A stretch of DNA of 64,000 nt, taken from assembly GCF_018977255.1 (NCBI RefSeq), contig NW_024704742.1:71364001-71428000 (forward strand), given 5' to 3'. This DNA comes from Callorhinchus milii. Lineage: Eukaryota. The position numbers and the translations under genes were made by a program. Below are positions 1 through 12,313 of this stretch, one piece after another; the first letter of the stretch is position 1; every line of letters starts with the position of its first letter. Under the pieces are notes generated by a model. It was given only the letters and a program-made list of their open reading frames with translations. It was not told the DNA's origin and did not search any database.

Positions 1-1108
1 GCATAATCAATTGCCTATGGTGGGCCAGAGGGAACAGGTAATACGTGAGAGCCAGAAGAGCACTTGAATTACGAGATGAGTTAAGTCTGAATTATGCAAC
101 CAGCACTGAAACACAGGAGTCTGGGTAGCACCAGGTTCAAAGGTATTGCTGTCCAACCCAACAATAATAATCCTTGCATTTAATTTAAAAATCAGTGCCT
201 TTGGACGTCCTTCCGACATGAAAGGCACTATGCAGATGAAATTTTGTATTGTATTTAGCACCTTATGTTATCTCACGGTTTCATAGTTATCATCAAAGTA
301 AACATCTCCAAAGTTTTATGTCCCAACTTTTTTTAACAAATGAGTGTGTCCAGTTTGTGTATGTACTTCCCAGTGTCTGTCTTGAAATTGCCCTTACATA
401 CCTGAACCAGTGCCTTGTCCTGCTGCACTGGCCGACCTAAAGGTACTTATCTGAGTTTATTTTCTCTATGCTTGCCAGGAAGTGAGTAATTTTCCCCAAT
501 AAATAAGCATACTAACTTTTATTTCCTTCTGCCAGTTGGGATAAGGTTTGCGAGGTGATATCTGGTTTAGAAAGGAACTTGTGTGTGATTCTCTATGATT
601 TGCTTATAGGGCTAAGTACTTTATTGCCCAGTACTTTTCAAACTATTTTTTTACTATGAAAACTTGGCAGCAGTCAACAATTAACACAACAGGCAAGCAA
701 CAAGAAGGCAACTTCTGGCACAGAAAAAACAGCGAACTTGAGAATCTGAATAAACTGCCAAGACTTATCACTTGTTCCAAAATATTATAAATAATAAAAA
801 CTCCCTAATCCCATTCCTCGTCACCTATCAGGAAACTTGTGATTTAGTGTTGGTTACTTTTGATGTTCTTTTCAAAGGAAAGTTTTTCCTTATTTACAAC
901 TTAATGTGGTATTTGCTGCCTGGTAACTGGAAGTGCATCAGTCCAACCCGTAAGAAACTTCTCTGTGCAAGTGGATCTCATTGGAACTGTTCTGAATAGC
1001 ACCTTTCCAGTTTCCGTCAGGACTCGCTATTCATATTTCAGGCCTGCTATTTAATGAATCCAGTTAGCAAACACCTAACAACAACTTGCACTAATATAGT
1101 GTTTTTCA

Positions 1109-1535
1109 CAATAACAACAAAATTACATTTGTATAGCGCCTTTCATGTTGGGAGGATGTCTCAAAGCGCTGAACAATCAGAGTTCAGACCCGAGCTGGGG
1201 GGTTGCGATTGGGTGATCGAAAGCACGGTCAAAGAGAAGGGTCTTGAGATGGGTCTTGAAGAAGGCAAGGGAGGGGGTGAGGCAGAGGGACTGCTGGATG
1301 GAGTTCCGGAGGATGAGGGCAGAGTGGGTGAAGACAGGTCCACCAATGGTGAGGCGGGCAAGACGGGGGATGTGAAGCAGGCCAGAGCCCGCTGAGCGGA
1401 GGGAGCGAGCAGGATGGTAGGGCGTTAGGAGGTCACAGAGGTAGGGGGAGCAAGACCATGAAGGGCTTTGAAGGTGAGGACCAGGATCTTGAACTGTATC
1501 CTCTGTGTGATGGGAAGCCAGTGGAGTCGGGCGAT
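1109..1535 (-). mobile_element. L2 LINE 3' fragment (decayed)
   Basis: Minus-strand translation contains L2 ORF2 C-terminal motifs (PYLCDLLTPYHPARSLRSAGSGLLHIPR, FFKTHLKTLLFDRAF) and the (TTG)n-type tail shared with the intact L2 at 14010-17736. Confidence 0.85.
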
Positions 1536-1576
1536 AGCATCTCAAAACATTTTGACGTAGGTTTTCTTTTGCACAG

Positions 1577-1641
1577 AATGCTCCATCCTCGGGACAGACA
1601 TTGATCTTCAGAATGTTGAGAACATCACTGTCAGTCCTTAA
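1577..1641 (+). pseudogene. Truncated duplicate (pseudo-exon) of the M1AP exon at 2666-2827
   Basis: ttttcttttgcacag|AATGCTCCATCCTCGGGACAGACATTGATCTTCAG... aligns with ttcttttctgcacag|AGTGCTCCATCCTGGGGACAGACATTGATCTCCAG. It translates (E)CSILGTDIDLQNVENITVSP* with TAA at 1639-1641. Confidence 0.85.
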
Positions 1642-2665
1642 CAAGTCCACGTCCCAAACTTGCAAGCTTTGTGTGATGTGTTCATTTGTCGATACCTACC
1701 TTCCAGACTTGCACATCACAAGATTGGTTGCGATGAAGAAGGCCTTCAGACCATTTCATCTCATTCCTTCCAGAATACCTACCCTGTTGCCTTCCCAGCA
1801 CAGAATCAACTGTCCTGACCTCAAGCACTCTTCCTTTCAACCTGTTAGTCATTAATCACCCTCTGGGTAAATAAAAAGCTTCAGGTGTCTGTCATAAGAA
1901 TGAGATAAATAATGGCTAATTGGAAGTGGTGTTCCTTCCTCCCCCCCCTTTATTGGAACTCCCTGTATAAGGCTCATACATGGCAGTGCCTTCTGGAGAG
2001 GAGGAGTTAAAGTAGGAGAAATACAAAACAATTTTTTCATAGAACCTCATTAGAAAGCCAAGTGAAATTTCATCGTATGTGTCTGGACTGGATTCAACCC
2101 TGAATGAAGTGTTAAACAAAACACTAATACTTTGTAGCATACAATCTACCTGGAACGTATTGGCTTTGTGGTGCTTTATAATTCCAAAAGTGATTACCAC
2201 TGTTCTATTGACAGGTTTCTGATCACCTCAATCTGTAGAATTTTGTGCCGAAGGTTGGTTCAAGTCTCACAGTTCAGGTTGGTTCCCGTGCACCAAAGGG
2301 AATGTTGTATTATTGGAGTAGCTGTTCTTCAAATGATATATTAACCTGGGGTCTGTCTGTTCTTCAGGTGGATGTTGAAAATCTTTTAATGCTATTGGAA
2401 AAGAGAAAGTGTCTTGGCCAACAATTCTCCAGATAAATTGGTCATTCACCTCATGGTAATGTGTGGGACATTGATGTGTTTGCCTTAAAAACAGTCATAA
2501 CAACTTGGATTTATATAGCGTCCTGAACGTGGGAAGTCACTCAGAGTGCTTAACACTTGTCACTAAACTTGTCAGTAATCACTTTAAGATCTTTAATTGC
2601 TGCAAAAGTGCAAATTCTTTCTCGCTTAACAGAGATTTAATGCACACAATTTCTTTTCTGCACAG

Positions 2666-2827
2666 AGTGCTCCATCCTGGGGACAGACATTGATCTCCAG
2701 AAGATTGAGAACGACACTATCAGTCTGGAGAGTTTTTTCAAGGGCTGGTTACACAACCACGGGACAGATAGGGAGCATCTCCATTTACTACTTCCAGCAG
2801 GGCGTCTCTCAAATTCTACACAAAAGA
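2666..2827 (+). CDS. M1AP: M1AP (meiosis 1-associated protein) internal exon, first visible in the window (upstream exons lie outside or were not recognised)
   Basis: cacag|...|gtaagt. Encodes (E)CSILGTDIDLQKIENDTISLESFFKGWLHNHGTDREHLHLLLPAGRLSNSTQK, recognisably similar to vertebrate M1AP (ESSILGTDIDLQ...FFKAWLHN). Phase 1 at both ends. Confidence 0.92.
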
Positions 2828-2844
2828 GTAAGTTTGCGCGCATT

Positions 2845-3130
2845 GGTGTGACCACACCTGGAATACTGTGTGTAGTTCTGGTTGCCACATTACAAAAAGG
2901 ACACTGCAGCTTTGAGAGAATACAAAAGAAGGGAACCAGAATGATTGAAGGGATGGAGGGACTGGAATATGAGGAGTAGTAAACTGGGCATATTCATGCT
3001 GGAAAAGAGAAGGTTGAGTGGTAATATGATAGCGTTTTTAACATCCACCTGAACAGGCACAGTTGTACCTCACTTTAACATCTTATCTGAAGGTTGTAAA
3101 CTGAAGGTTTTGTTATAATGGATAAGGTGG
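2845..3130 (+). mobile_element. CR1 LINE RT 3' fragment (decayed)
   Basis: ccacacctggaatactgtgtgtagttctggttgccacattacaaaaaggac resembles the CR1 RPHLEYCVQFWxPHYKKD motif, with stops. Confidence 0.7.
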
Positions 3131-3326
3131 TGCATAATTATAATTATTGATTCTACAGCACTAGCCGGACATCATGTCTTGTGCGTTTAAGTCCCAACCT
3201 GGGGCTATAATATATGAGTGCTACCAGCTAAGCTAACACCTGAACTTACTTCACAGAGGTTGTTTGAAAAGTAGCAAAGTTGTTTAAACAAAATCTGATT
3301 TGCGAGTCTTTGGTTCTGAACTGTAG

Positions 3327-3483
3327 CCTGCCTGAAATGTGATGTCCAAGAACGACTCATCAGTCCTGCCCTGCTTCCAGGAACAACTGACTTTGTGGGG
3401 AAAACTGAGGGCCTCAGAGATTGTCAGAACCCAAATAAAGCAGTGAACCCGGGATTGCTGCAGCACAAGCTTCAAGTTGTTAA
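3327..3483 (+). CDS. M1AP: M1AP internal exon
   Basis: ctgtag|CC TGC CTG AAA...GTT GTT AA|gtacgt. Encodes CLKCDVQERLISPALLPG...QHKLQVVK; phases join both neighbours in frame. Confidence 0.92.
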
Positions 3484-3520
3484 GTACGTACTCTTCTGTC
3501 TAGACACAGGGTCTAATTTA

Positions 3521-3911
3521 ATAATGATAATATTAATCATCCTTGCATTTGATACAGCGCCTTATTACATCTTCAAGATGTCTCAAAGAGCTTCACAGAA
3601 TATACTGTAAAGTGAATTGACTGTACATTTTGTGGGCGAAATGCAGCAGCCAAATGCACAAAGCAGTGTCGCACAAACAATCGTGGATTGAATGACCAAA
3701 TTATTATTCCTTTAAATTTTATTTAATAAGTGAATATTACCCTCGTAAAAGCAATCCGCCAATCTACTAACAACAGTGTTCCTACTTATTGCTAGATAAA
3801 CAGAGGTGTGTTGAGTAAGGAAACTTGCCCAACATTTTGTCATGCCTGGGAATCGAACCTCGGTCTCCTGCTTGCAAGACGAGTGCTCTAACTACTACGC
3901 TACAGGACTCC
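3521..3911 (-). mobile_element. tRNA-derived SINE (family A: tRNA-Ala-like head, Nin/Deu-like core, L2-type tail, (ATT)n end)
   Basis: Reverse complement begins GGAGTCCTGTAGCGTAGTAGTTAGAGCACTCG with a GGTTCGATTCC B-box and ends aaatgcaaggatgattaatattatc; matches many copies in the window. Confidence 0.85.
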
Positions 3912-4664
3912 ACAGCTCAGGAATTTACAAGATTTCTTAACAGATTGTTTCATTCGAAATGTGCCATTATCAAATTATTATCTTTCTAAAACATTGAATG
4001 TGCTTTGAAGTATGATAATTGAATACCTTTTCAGCACATTTAGTTGAAGCAATTCAATAATTACTTTTCTTATTACAAAATCTGTTAGGAAATATTACAA
4101 AATAAACCTCACTGTGTAATGCGTGTTAAAGTGTCTGAGCACATCAGTGTTCAGGGGCTTTAGGATAACAAGGTGTCTGCAGTGTGCAACAAGGAACAAT
4201 GTGAAAATGTTCACATGGTGTTTATATGGAATAACAAATGATCTGCGATGTCCAAGGCAGAAACATCAATGTTTTCAGAGGATTTATGCACAGGATAACA
4301 AATGGCCTGGAATGTGTTACAAAACCGAAACTCAATCCAGTCCAGAGTTCTTGGCTGATTTACAGAAGACACAATCTGCCATGTGTTAAAAGATATCAAC
4401 ACATCAAGGTGATCAGATGGTTTATATGCAGGATAACATGTTTTTCACATAGGGATTGTTAGCCTAAATCTTCCAGGAGCTGAGTTCAAGGTTACAGCAA
4501 AGAATGCATTGGGTTAGCTAACTCCAGTGGAGGAGTTGATATATGGGGAGTGGGGGTGAATCGAGCACCAGCACAGACACAATGGGGGGGAAAACATGGC
4601 AACCAGGATTAGAGTAGAAAGCTCCGTGGGGGAGCAACCGCCAGTCCAGTCACAATGGGAGAAA

Positions 4665-4950
4665 GAGTCCTGCAGAGCATTGGTTAGATCACTTGCCTCG
4701 CAAGCGAGAGGACCCTGTTTCAATTCCTGGGCAGGGCGAAACCTTAGACAAGTTTCCTTACTCCAACGCCTGTTTATCTAGCAGTAAGTAGGAACCTGGT
4801 TGTTAGTCAATTGGTGGATCGCTTTCTGGGGGTAATAATCCCTTCAAAAAATTAATAATTTGGTCACTCAATCCACAAGTGTTTGTAGGACACTGCTGTG
4901 TGCAATTGGCTGCCGCATTTTTCCAACAAAATATACAGTCAATTCACTGA
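4665..4950 (+). mobile_element. SINE family A copy (3' truncated)
   Basis: gagtcctgcagagcattggttagatcac...gtttcaattcctgggcagggcgaaaccttag head plus Deu-like core. Confidence 0.8.
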
Positions 4951-5084
4951 ATAGAGCTCTTCATGTTCTGTAATTGTCTATTCTATGATTTTTATTCCAT
5001 AATTTTCTCTTCTATGATTTTTATCTTTTTTTTGGTTCTGCTCATTGATTGTTCTAACGACAATGTATACCTCCTGATTTACAG

Positions 5085-5226
5085 AGCTCTGAAGTCTGAT
5101 GGGGTCTGTGAATCAGTATTTTATGGACTCCCCCTTGTAATTAGACCCACAAACTGCTGGAAGCTGGACTGGGATGAACTGGAGACAAACCATCATAACT
5201 TCCATGCACTCTGCCACACACTGGAG
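5085..5226 (+). CDS. M1AP: M1AP internal exon
   Basis: tttacag|A GCT CTG AAG...CTG GAG|gtgggt. Encodes ALKSDGVCESVFYGLPLVIRPTNCWKLDWDELETNHHNFHALCHTLE, containing the conserved M1AP LDWDELETN motif. Confidence 0.95.
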
Positions 5227-5461
5227 GTGGGTGAACGTAAAAACCACAGTAAAAAAAAATAGATTCAATATGATAATTATTATCAAAGAAATACCTTTTT
5301 CCCATCAATAGTTATCCACTGTTTTTCAATGTGAACAACCCTACCCCCTCCCTCGCCCTGACTTCACCACTAAGGTCAAGGCCAAAGATTTCAGGTCGTG
5401 CATTGTTTCTGACGATTGCAGAGAGCGGCGTTTCATCGCCTGTTCAGATTGAGTTCACAAG

Positions 5462-5827
5462 ATAATAATAATCCTTTCATTTGATATAATGCCTTATCAC
5501 GTCATTGAGATGTCTCAAAGTGCTTCACAGAACATACTGGAAAGTGAATTGATTGTACATTTTGTTGGTGAAACGCGGCAGCCAATTGTGCAAAGCAGTG
5601 TCCCACAAACAGTTTTGGGTTGGGTGACCACTTTTTTTTTTTGGAGGGATTATTATCCCCGGAATGCAATCCGCCAATCAACCAGCAACCGGATTCTTAC
5701 TTACTAATAGAGGTAAACAGAGGCGTGTGGACTAAGGACTTGCCTAAGGTTTTGTCTCATCCAGGAAGTGAACCCAGGTCCTCTCGCTTGCAAGGCGAGC
5801 TCGCTAACCACTATGCTATGGGACTCC
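5462..5827 (-). mobile_element. SINE family A full-length copy
   Basis: Same head, core and (ATT)n tail as the other family A copies. Confidence 0.85.
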
Positions 5828-6144
5828 ACATCCCCTACTCCACAGAACTAAAGACTCCACAGATCACATAAGAGGTTAGGATGAAGAAGCCCTTTGACCC
5901 AAATTATTTCATCCTTCCTGAATAACCACCTACCCTTCCTCCTATTCCAACATCGAGCTGTTTCTTAAGCTGGTCTCAAGCAAGGCTTTCTGATCAGCCA
6001 TTTCTCTGCCAATGGAACAATGGCAGTAGTGGGAGCAAAGATGACAGCTACCAGTGGCTTTCCACCAAACTCGTGTGCTGAACTTGGTGGGCTTGAAGGG
6101 AAATATTCACACCCAGATATAGTTGATAATTATTAAGTAATTTG

Positions 6145-6360
6145 TTTTTGATCAGCCAGGTGTCTGACACATGTGCAAACCCATCGCCATGTATCTAAAC
6201 CAAACAGAGAATTCATGCATCCCACCTGCACATGGAAATTCCAGAAACAGTTTAAATGAAATGCGCACTCTCTCTCTGGAGGGATGCATCCTGCTTACTT
6301 AATTACAGAGAGTATTAGGCGCAGGTTGGAAAGAGCCAAGGCTTGGGGACCCCAGAGTTT
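6145..6360 (-). mobile_element. 3' end of a poly(A)-tailed LINE (family P), 5' truncated
   Basis: tttttgatcagccaggtgtctgacacatgtg...ccaaggcttggggaccccagag matches copies at 24375, 36795, 39075, 41460, 44855 and 55425. Confidence 0.7.
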
Positions 6361-7970
6361 TTGAAATTGTGATCAGAAACAACAAATGGGAGCACGGACA
6401 TATTCAGGCCTAACCATTGTGCTGGAGGTAGTGGGAGTGGGAGGGAGTTGGAGATAGAGGAGGTTATATTCGTTTGTTAGTAAAGAAGTTTGGATCATAA
6501 TTTTCTGCCAGTTGATAGTTATCATCAGCAATAATTATACAATTAAATCTTGTACTATTCACCTCATTCACTGTTCCTTAATTACTTGTCCAATTCCCTT
6601 TAAAATGTTGCTAGGGTCTTAGCCTTTGTACCTAACTTGCAGTAAGTAAACATGAAACAAAGAGCTTTTTTTAAAAAAAGAGTGAACGGGAGAGGAACAT
6701 TATAGGTCTGTTGGTTCCTCCCACTGAAGCTCTATACTCTAATTCCAATTCCATGCTCTTTCCATATGGGAATGAGTAGATAGTCTCTTTGGAAGAAGTG
6801 AGGCTCTACTGAAGGAAATGGGATTAATTTGGTCACTCAATCCATGATGGTTGTGGGACACTGCTGTGCACAATTGGCTGCCGCTTTTCTCCCACAAAAT
6901 ATACAGTCAATTCATTTTATAGTATCGTTTGTGAAGCGCTTTGGGATGTCTCAATGACGTGATAAGGTGCTATATCAAATGTAAGGATTATTATTATAAT
7001 TGTTACACTACACAGTCATTAATGTACTCTGTATTCTAAGAATTAATTATGAACAATTTTGAACACAGTTAATTCTCTTTTTCCCAGACCTAGGCATCCA
7101 ATTAAGCTCTTTAAAGGGCTCTGCTTCAAACTGACTCGTATTCGCTTTTTGGTTGCATAGGCGTGAACATGAGGAGTTAATTACCTCCGGTTGTGAGGTG
7201 GCGTTTTTGCTGGCAACCCAGAGGGAGCTGAGTGGCAAAACATCTCCTCACAGCTGTAATTTTTATGGTGTTAATCAGCAGATGTGCAAATGGAAACTAT
7301 CAAGGCCACACTTTCTTAGGTTCAGCAATACTACTCAAAGGCTCTGCTCCTTGCTCATGACCAGGAGACACGACCTGCAATAATAATCCTTGCATTTGAT
7401 TTGGCACTTCATCAAGTTGAAACATCACAAAACACTTTACATATTTCATCTGCTAAATAACCCAGTGAAATTGACAGCTGTGCGGATATGTTTTTCTACT
7501 CCGAACTCACAGGTCTGCCAGCATCGTCACTTCAGTAGCTGGAGTTAATTGGCTCTTCATGTTAATGCTGAGATGTGGGCTGCACTAAAACAGAACCCTT
7601 GTTGAAAGAAGCAAAGAACTTGAATTATTACGTTAGTTTATCATGGTGAAACAATTCAAAGTGATTCATAGAAAGTATTGTATTTGTAGGCATTAAAGTA
7701 GCCATTTTGTGAATAGCAATAAAACAGCCATAAAGTGAATGATTAACTTTTTCTGGAGAATTGTTGGCTGGACAACAAGAGAAACTACCTTCTCTTTTCC
7801 AATATTTCAAACGTTTAACATCCACCTGAAGAGGCAGGAGGGTCCTCGATTTAAAGTTTCACCCTTCATATTGCAGCAATACCCCTCCACCCCCCACCGG
7901 ACTTGGACTGTCAGCCTAGACTGTGATCCTAATTCCTTAGGTGAAGTTTATACCCACAACCTTAAGCAAA

Positions 7971-8289
7971 AGGACCTGGGTTTGATTCCAGGGCAGGGCG
8001 AAATGTTAGGCAAGTTTCCTTACTCCACACACCTCTGTTAACCTAGCAGTAACCAGAAAGCCGGTTGTTAGTTGATTGTCGGATTGCTTTCCTGGGGGTA
8101 ATAATCCCTTAAAAAAATGTGGTCACTCAATCCACGACTGTTTGTAGGACACTGCTGTGCGCAGTTGGCTGCCATGTTTCATCCACAAAATATACAATCT
8201 ATTCACTTTACAGTATATTCTGTGAAGTACTTTGAGACATCTCAAAGACGTGATAAGGTGCAATATCAAATGCAAGGATTATTATTATA
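7971..8289 (+). mobile_element. SINE family A copy
   Basis: B-box gtttgattcc, core, and tail aaatgcaaggattattatta. Confidence 0.8.
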
Positions 8290-8549
8290 ACTAAAGATCT
8301 TTGATCTTGGAGTGAACTCTGAAATACCAATTTCTAGCCACGAGGGGGAGAATTTGCTTTACATCTCTAATTTACTGAGGACCTCTTGTGGCAGAAATCA
8401 TTCAAAGCAGCATTGCAACACAGGAAAGAGATTCTTTATTAGAACAAGTTAACACTTGAAAAATATCAAGGTCTGAAAGTTCATCTGGTGTTAGCCTGTG
8501 AGCCAACTTTTTTATACCTCAACCTTTCTGGCTGCTCTATTCACCTTAA

Positions 8550-9125
8550 TATCTCTTGGCCTCAACCCTTGACTCCAGGACCACTGCTGTCCTGACAAAA
8601 TGTCTGTCAGACATCAAGTCCTGGATGAGAGGTAACTTTCTACAGTTGAAAGTCAACAAGTCCGAGGCTCTCCTGATTGGCTCACCTCAGCGCCTCCTCA
8701 CCTCAGGAACTATCACCATCCATGGTTGCACACTCCACCTTACGAAACCAGTCCGGAACCTTGGCATCTTGTTTGACCCTCAACTATCCTTTCCACCACA
8801 CATCCGTGCCATGACCCACTCTGCCTTCTCCTATCATCGCCCGGCTCCCCTACTGTCTCACACGGCAGGCTGCCAAAACCCTCATACATGCATTCATAAC
8901 ATCCACACATGACTATTGCAAACTCCCTGCTTGTCAGCCTCCCCAACTTCTCCCTCCATAGACTTCAGATCATCCAGAACTCTGCAGCCCGTGTCCTCTC
9001 CTGCATCAGGCTCCGTGACCCTATCACCCCCATCCTCGCCCGACTCCACTGGCTTCCCATCACACAGTGGATACAGTTCAAGATCCTAGTCCTCACCTTC
9101 AAAGCCCTCCATGGCCTTGCTCTAT
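8550..9125 (+). mobile_element. L2 LINE RT fragment (frameshifted)
   Basis: ORFs contain CLSDIKSWMRGNFLQLKVNKSE, VRNLGILFD and [12 protein letters not shown]...LARLHWLP. Confidence 0.85.
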
Positions 9126-9354
9126 GTTGTTGTTGTTGCCAGATCTACTGGCTTTTTGTCTCCTGGGTGCACTACCCTCAAGATCCCCTATGTGAAAGCT
9201 GCTATGCAAGTTGTCAACGGGATGGTCTTAGTTTAACATCTATCGGCAAGTGCCCTACAAAATAGCATCACTACAGTCTACTGTAAATCCTGTGAAGCGC
9301 TTTTGAAATGTTTTGATGACATGAGAAAAGTAATATATCACATTTAAAGATTAT

Positions 9355-9707
9355 GGAGTCCTGTAGCTCAGTGGTTAGAGCATTGGCTCGCAAGCGAGAG
9401 ACCTGGGTTGGATTCTTGGGAGGGCGAAACGTTGGGTAAGTTTTCTTGCTCCACACGCCTGTTTACCTAGCAGTAAGCAGGAACCTGGTTGTTTGTCGAT
9501 TGTCTGATCATTTTTTTGAGGGTAATAATCCATCAAGAAAATAATTGATCACTCAATCCATGACTGTTTGTGAGACATTGCTGTGCGCAATTGGCTACAG
9601 CGTTTCTCCCACAAAATAGTCAATTTACTTTACAGTATATTCTGTGAGGTGCTTTGAGGTGCTTCAAAGATGTGATAAGGGGCTATATCAGATGCAACAA
9701 TTATTAT
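9355..9707 (+). mobile_element. SINE family A full-length copy
   Basis: ggagtcctgtagctcagtggttagagc head through to the attattat tail. Confidence 0.85.
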
Positions 9708-10282
9708 CTCATGTGAAGAACGAAACCCCTGACATCACTGCGCTCCCCAGCACTGCACTGGAACATCAGCCTGGTCTGTGAATTCTAACCACAAGATCAC
9801 ATGAGAGATTCGGATTAAGAAAGAAAGCCCTTTGCTCCATTTGATCTTATCCTTCCACACTACCATGCTGTGTCTTCCAATTACAGCATTGAGCAGCTTT
9901 TCAAATGAGTCCCACGTACTGAAGTGGGGTTTGAATCCACAACAAAACAACAATAATAATAATCCTCGTGATAGAAATTACGCCTTATCAAATCGTTGAG
10001 ACATCTCAAAGCGCTTCACAGAATATATTATAAAGTGCATTGACTGTATTCTCTTTGCAAAACGCAGGGGTCAATTGTGCATAGCAATTCTTCACAACAG
10101 TCATGGATTGAGAACAAACAACAACAAATTGCATTTATATAGCGCCTTTCAAGCCGGACATCCCACCACACTGACAACCTTCTGATCTAGATGCAAAACT
10201 GAGTCATACTGATACAATGATAATTGGTAAACATCACTCTCGTTGATTGCTCTATCTGAAAAGTTGTTTTTTCATTTGCTAG

Positions 10283-10489
10283 AAAAGAAGCTTCATGCTT
10301 TTAGCTCGTTCTGAGCCACAGGTCACAGGATCCAATTGTACTGTCCACGTCTACTCTTACTACATCTTACTGCCCTCCAGCACACTGACACTTCTGGTCA
10401 AGCCTATTGCTGTCCGTGAGCTACTTTTACCATGCGAGCTTCCCTACAGGTCAGAAGCACCACCTGAGACAGCACTGAGCAAAGTGGAG
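10283..10489 (+). CDS. M1AP: M1AP internal exon
   Basis: tttgctag|AAA AGA...GTG GAG|gtgagt; 207 nt, phase 0. Encodes KRSFMLLARSEP...YYILLPSSTLTLLVKPIAVRELLLP...KVE. Confidence 0.93.
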
Positions 10490-10802
10490 GTGAGTGAGTG
10501 GCTGCAGAGGAATCAACATTCTAACCACCTACTGTGTTAAGATAGTTTATCTAACCTCCCTTGTAATACATTTATGTGATTACTATCTTCCTTGGGGGGT
10601 GGGATATAAGTGGGGTCTCTTTGGAGCTGAACTGGCTCCATGGTGACATGCTTGGTAATGGAGTATTGGAATCGAGCCAGCCCTCTGTGGTGGTCTTGAT
10701 AGTCTGCGCCAGGTGGGTATGCAGTATTTCAGGGCACAGCTGATAACAGCATAGCTCATCATCAGGATCTAGAATTTATGTGATTATCTAAAATATTTGT
10801 AG

Positions 10803-10967
10803 GATATCCTGGATGGATTAGAGGTGGAGCCCACATATAACCCACTGGCTGTGAAAAGCAACCTTTACAAGTACCTGCGAGGGACTTTAGCCAGAACGCC
10901 TTATCGTCCACAGTGCAAGCAAGTTCAGCGCAAGGAGCATCACCCTGCCGAACATCCCAAGACACAG
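10803..10967 (+). CDS. M1AP: M1AP internal exon
   Basis: tttgtag|GAT ATC...ACA CAG|gtattt; 165 nt. Encodes DILDGLEVEPTYNPLAVKSNLYKYL..., matching the M1AP LEPTYNPL motif. Confidence 0.92.
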
Positions 10968-11223
10968 GTATTTATAACAACAAACTCACAGAATCCTGAA
11001 ATGTTTATAGTATAGGCGGAGGCATTGTGTCTGTGCTGGTGCCTCCTCCCCGCAGGAACTATCTATTCTAACCCCGTTCCTGTGCTCTTTCTCCATTGTC
11101 AATTGCTGGTCCTATCTCGCCCAAGATAACTCTAATCCCATTTTCCTGCTCTTTCTATCATGACTGTGCTGGTGCTAGTCCCGCACCCCACACACACTGG
11201 AACTCCTCTACTCTTAATTTTAA

Positions 11224-11900
11224 GTGTCAGCTTGGCTCAGTTTGTTTAAGCACCTTGGAGCCTAAGAATTTGTAGCTTCAAGCACCACATCGGGACTTTG
11301 AACTCAGTCCAGGCTGACTCTCCAGTACATTGCTGGGGTAGTGCTCCATTATCAGAGGGTCCGTCCTTCTGAACTATCTCTAACATTGGGGATCAGCTTT
11401 GTCCCTGTTCTCTCCAATACCTCCAACATTGGGCAGATCGAAAGTACGTCCCCAGGATGTTTGTTCTCCATTGATGACTAAGAACAGGTGTTTCCTAGAT
11501 ACATGCAAGAGGTCACATCCTAACCACAATTGGCCAAGTAAATATGATTTAAATATTGGCAAACCACAAGCTGGTGATCTTGAGCTCACAGAACATTGCT
11601 GGGAGAGCGCTGCATTGTCAGAGGTGCCATCCTTCAGATGAGGCATTAAGTTCCTGTCTATTTAGATGGACATTGACAATTCTATTCTCTATTCAAAAAG
11701 AGAAGGAGGTTTCTCCCAGTATCCAGGTCCTGGCTGACCCCAGATAAAATTGGTCATTCGCTTCATATGTGTTTGAGGAGGTCTTACTGTGCTCATTATG
11801 GCCACAGTCACTACAGTTAACTACACTTCCCTGTGAAGATCTTTGAGGTGTTTGAGGTGTTTTGACAATATAAGCATTGCCTCAAATGCAAAGATTATCA
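11224..11900 (+). mobile_element. Fragmented second tRNA/Deu-type SINE (family B)
   Basis: Head gtgtcagcttggctcagttt and core gcattgtcagaggtgccatccttcagatgaggcattaa. Related pieces at about 26620-26705, 28770-29035, 39830-40040, 43520-44180, 46560-46815 and 62130-62540. Confidence 0.6.
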
Positions 11901-12142
11901 TATTCAATAACAACTTGCATTTATATAGCACCACAGAGAGCTTGACAGTAGAAGATCACAGTGGATATACTGGACACAACCAGTATCAAATACCGGACAC
12001 TTATTTTATAGTATAAAATAATCTGTGCATTTAATATAGTGCCTTCATCAGACCATCTCGAAGATTGCATACAGAACGCATTTTGTCAAATGGAAGATTT
12101 GTTTTTGTTAATACTTTTCTTTCATTTTTCTTTCACCTCCAG

Positions 12143-12313
12143 CAACATTTCAGGCAGTACCAGAGTAAAATGAAAGCCACCGTGGCTCCTCTCCCAATGA
12201 TTCGCCACTCCACAAACCAAGCCAAGAGTTTCAGGCCTGCTCTTCCTATGAATAGCTGCTCATACAGTATGTCCTTGCTCTCAGACGATGATGAGTTTCT
12301 CTCAGGCCTGTGA
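12143..12313 (+). CDS. M1AP: M1AP last coding exon
   Basis: Long polypyrimidine tract then ctccag|CAA CAT TTC. Encodes QHFRQYQSKMKATVAPLPMIRH...DDDEFLSGL*; ATVAPLPM is a conserved M1AP C-terminal motif. Confidence 0.9.
   Translation, partial: QHFRQYQSKMKATVAPLPMIRHSTNQAKSFRPALPMNSCSYSMSLLSDDDEFLSGL

Noticed and set aside
1..1050. Search for an additional upstream M1AP exon
   Set aside because: No frame resembling the expected M1AP segment with suitable splice sites was recognised.
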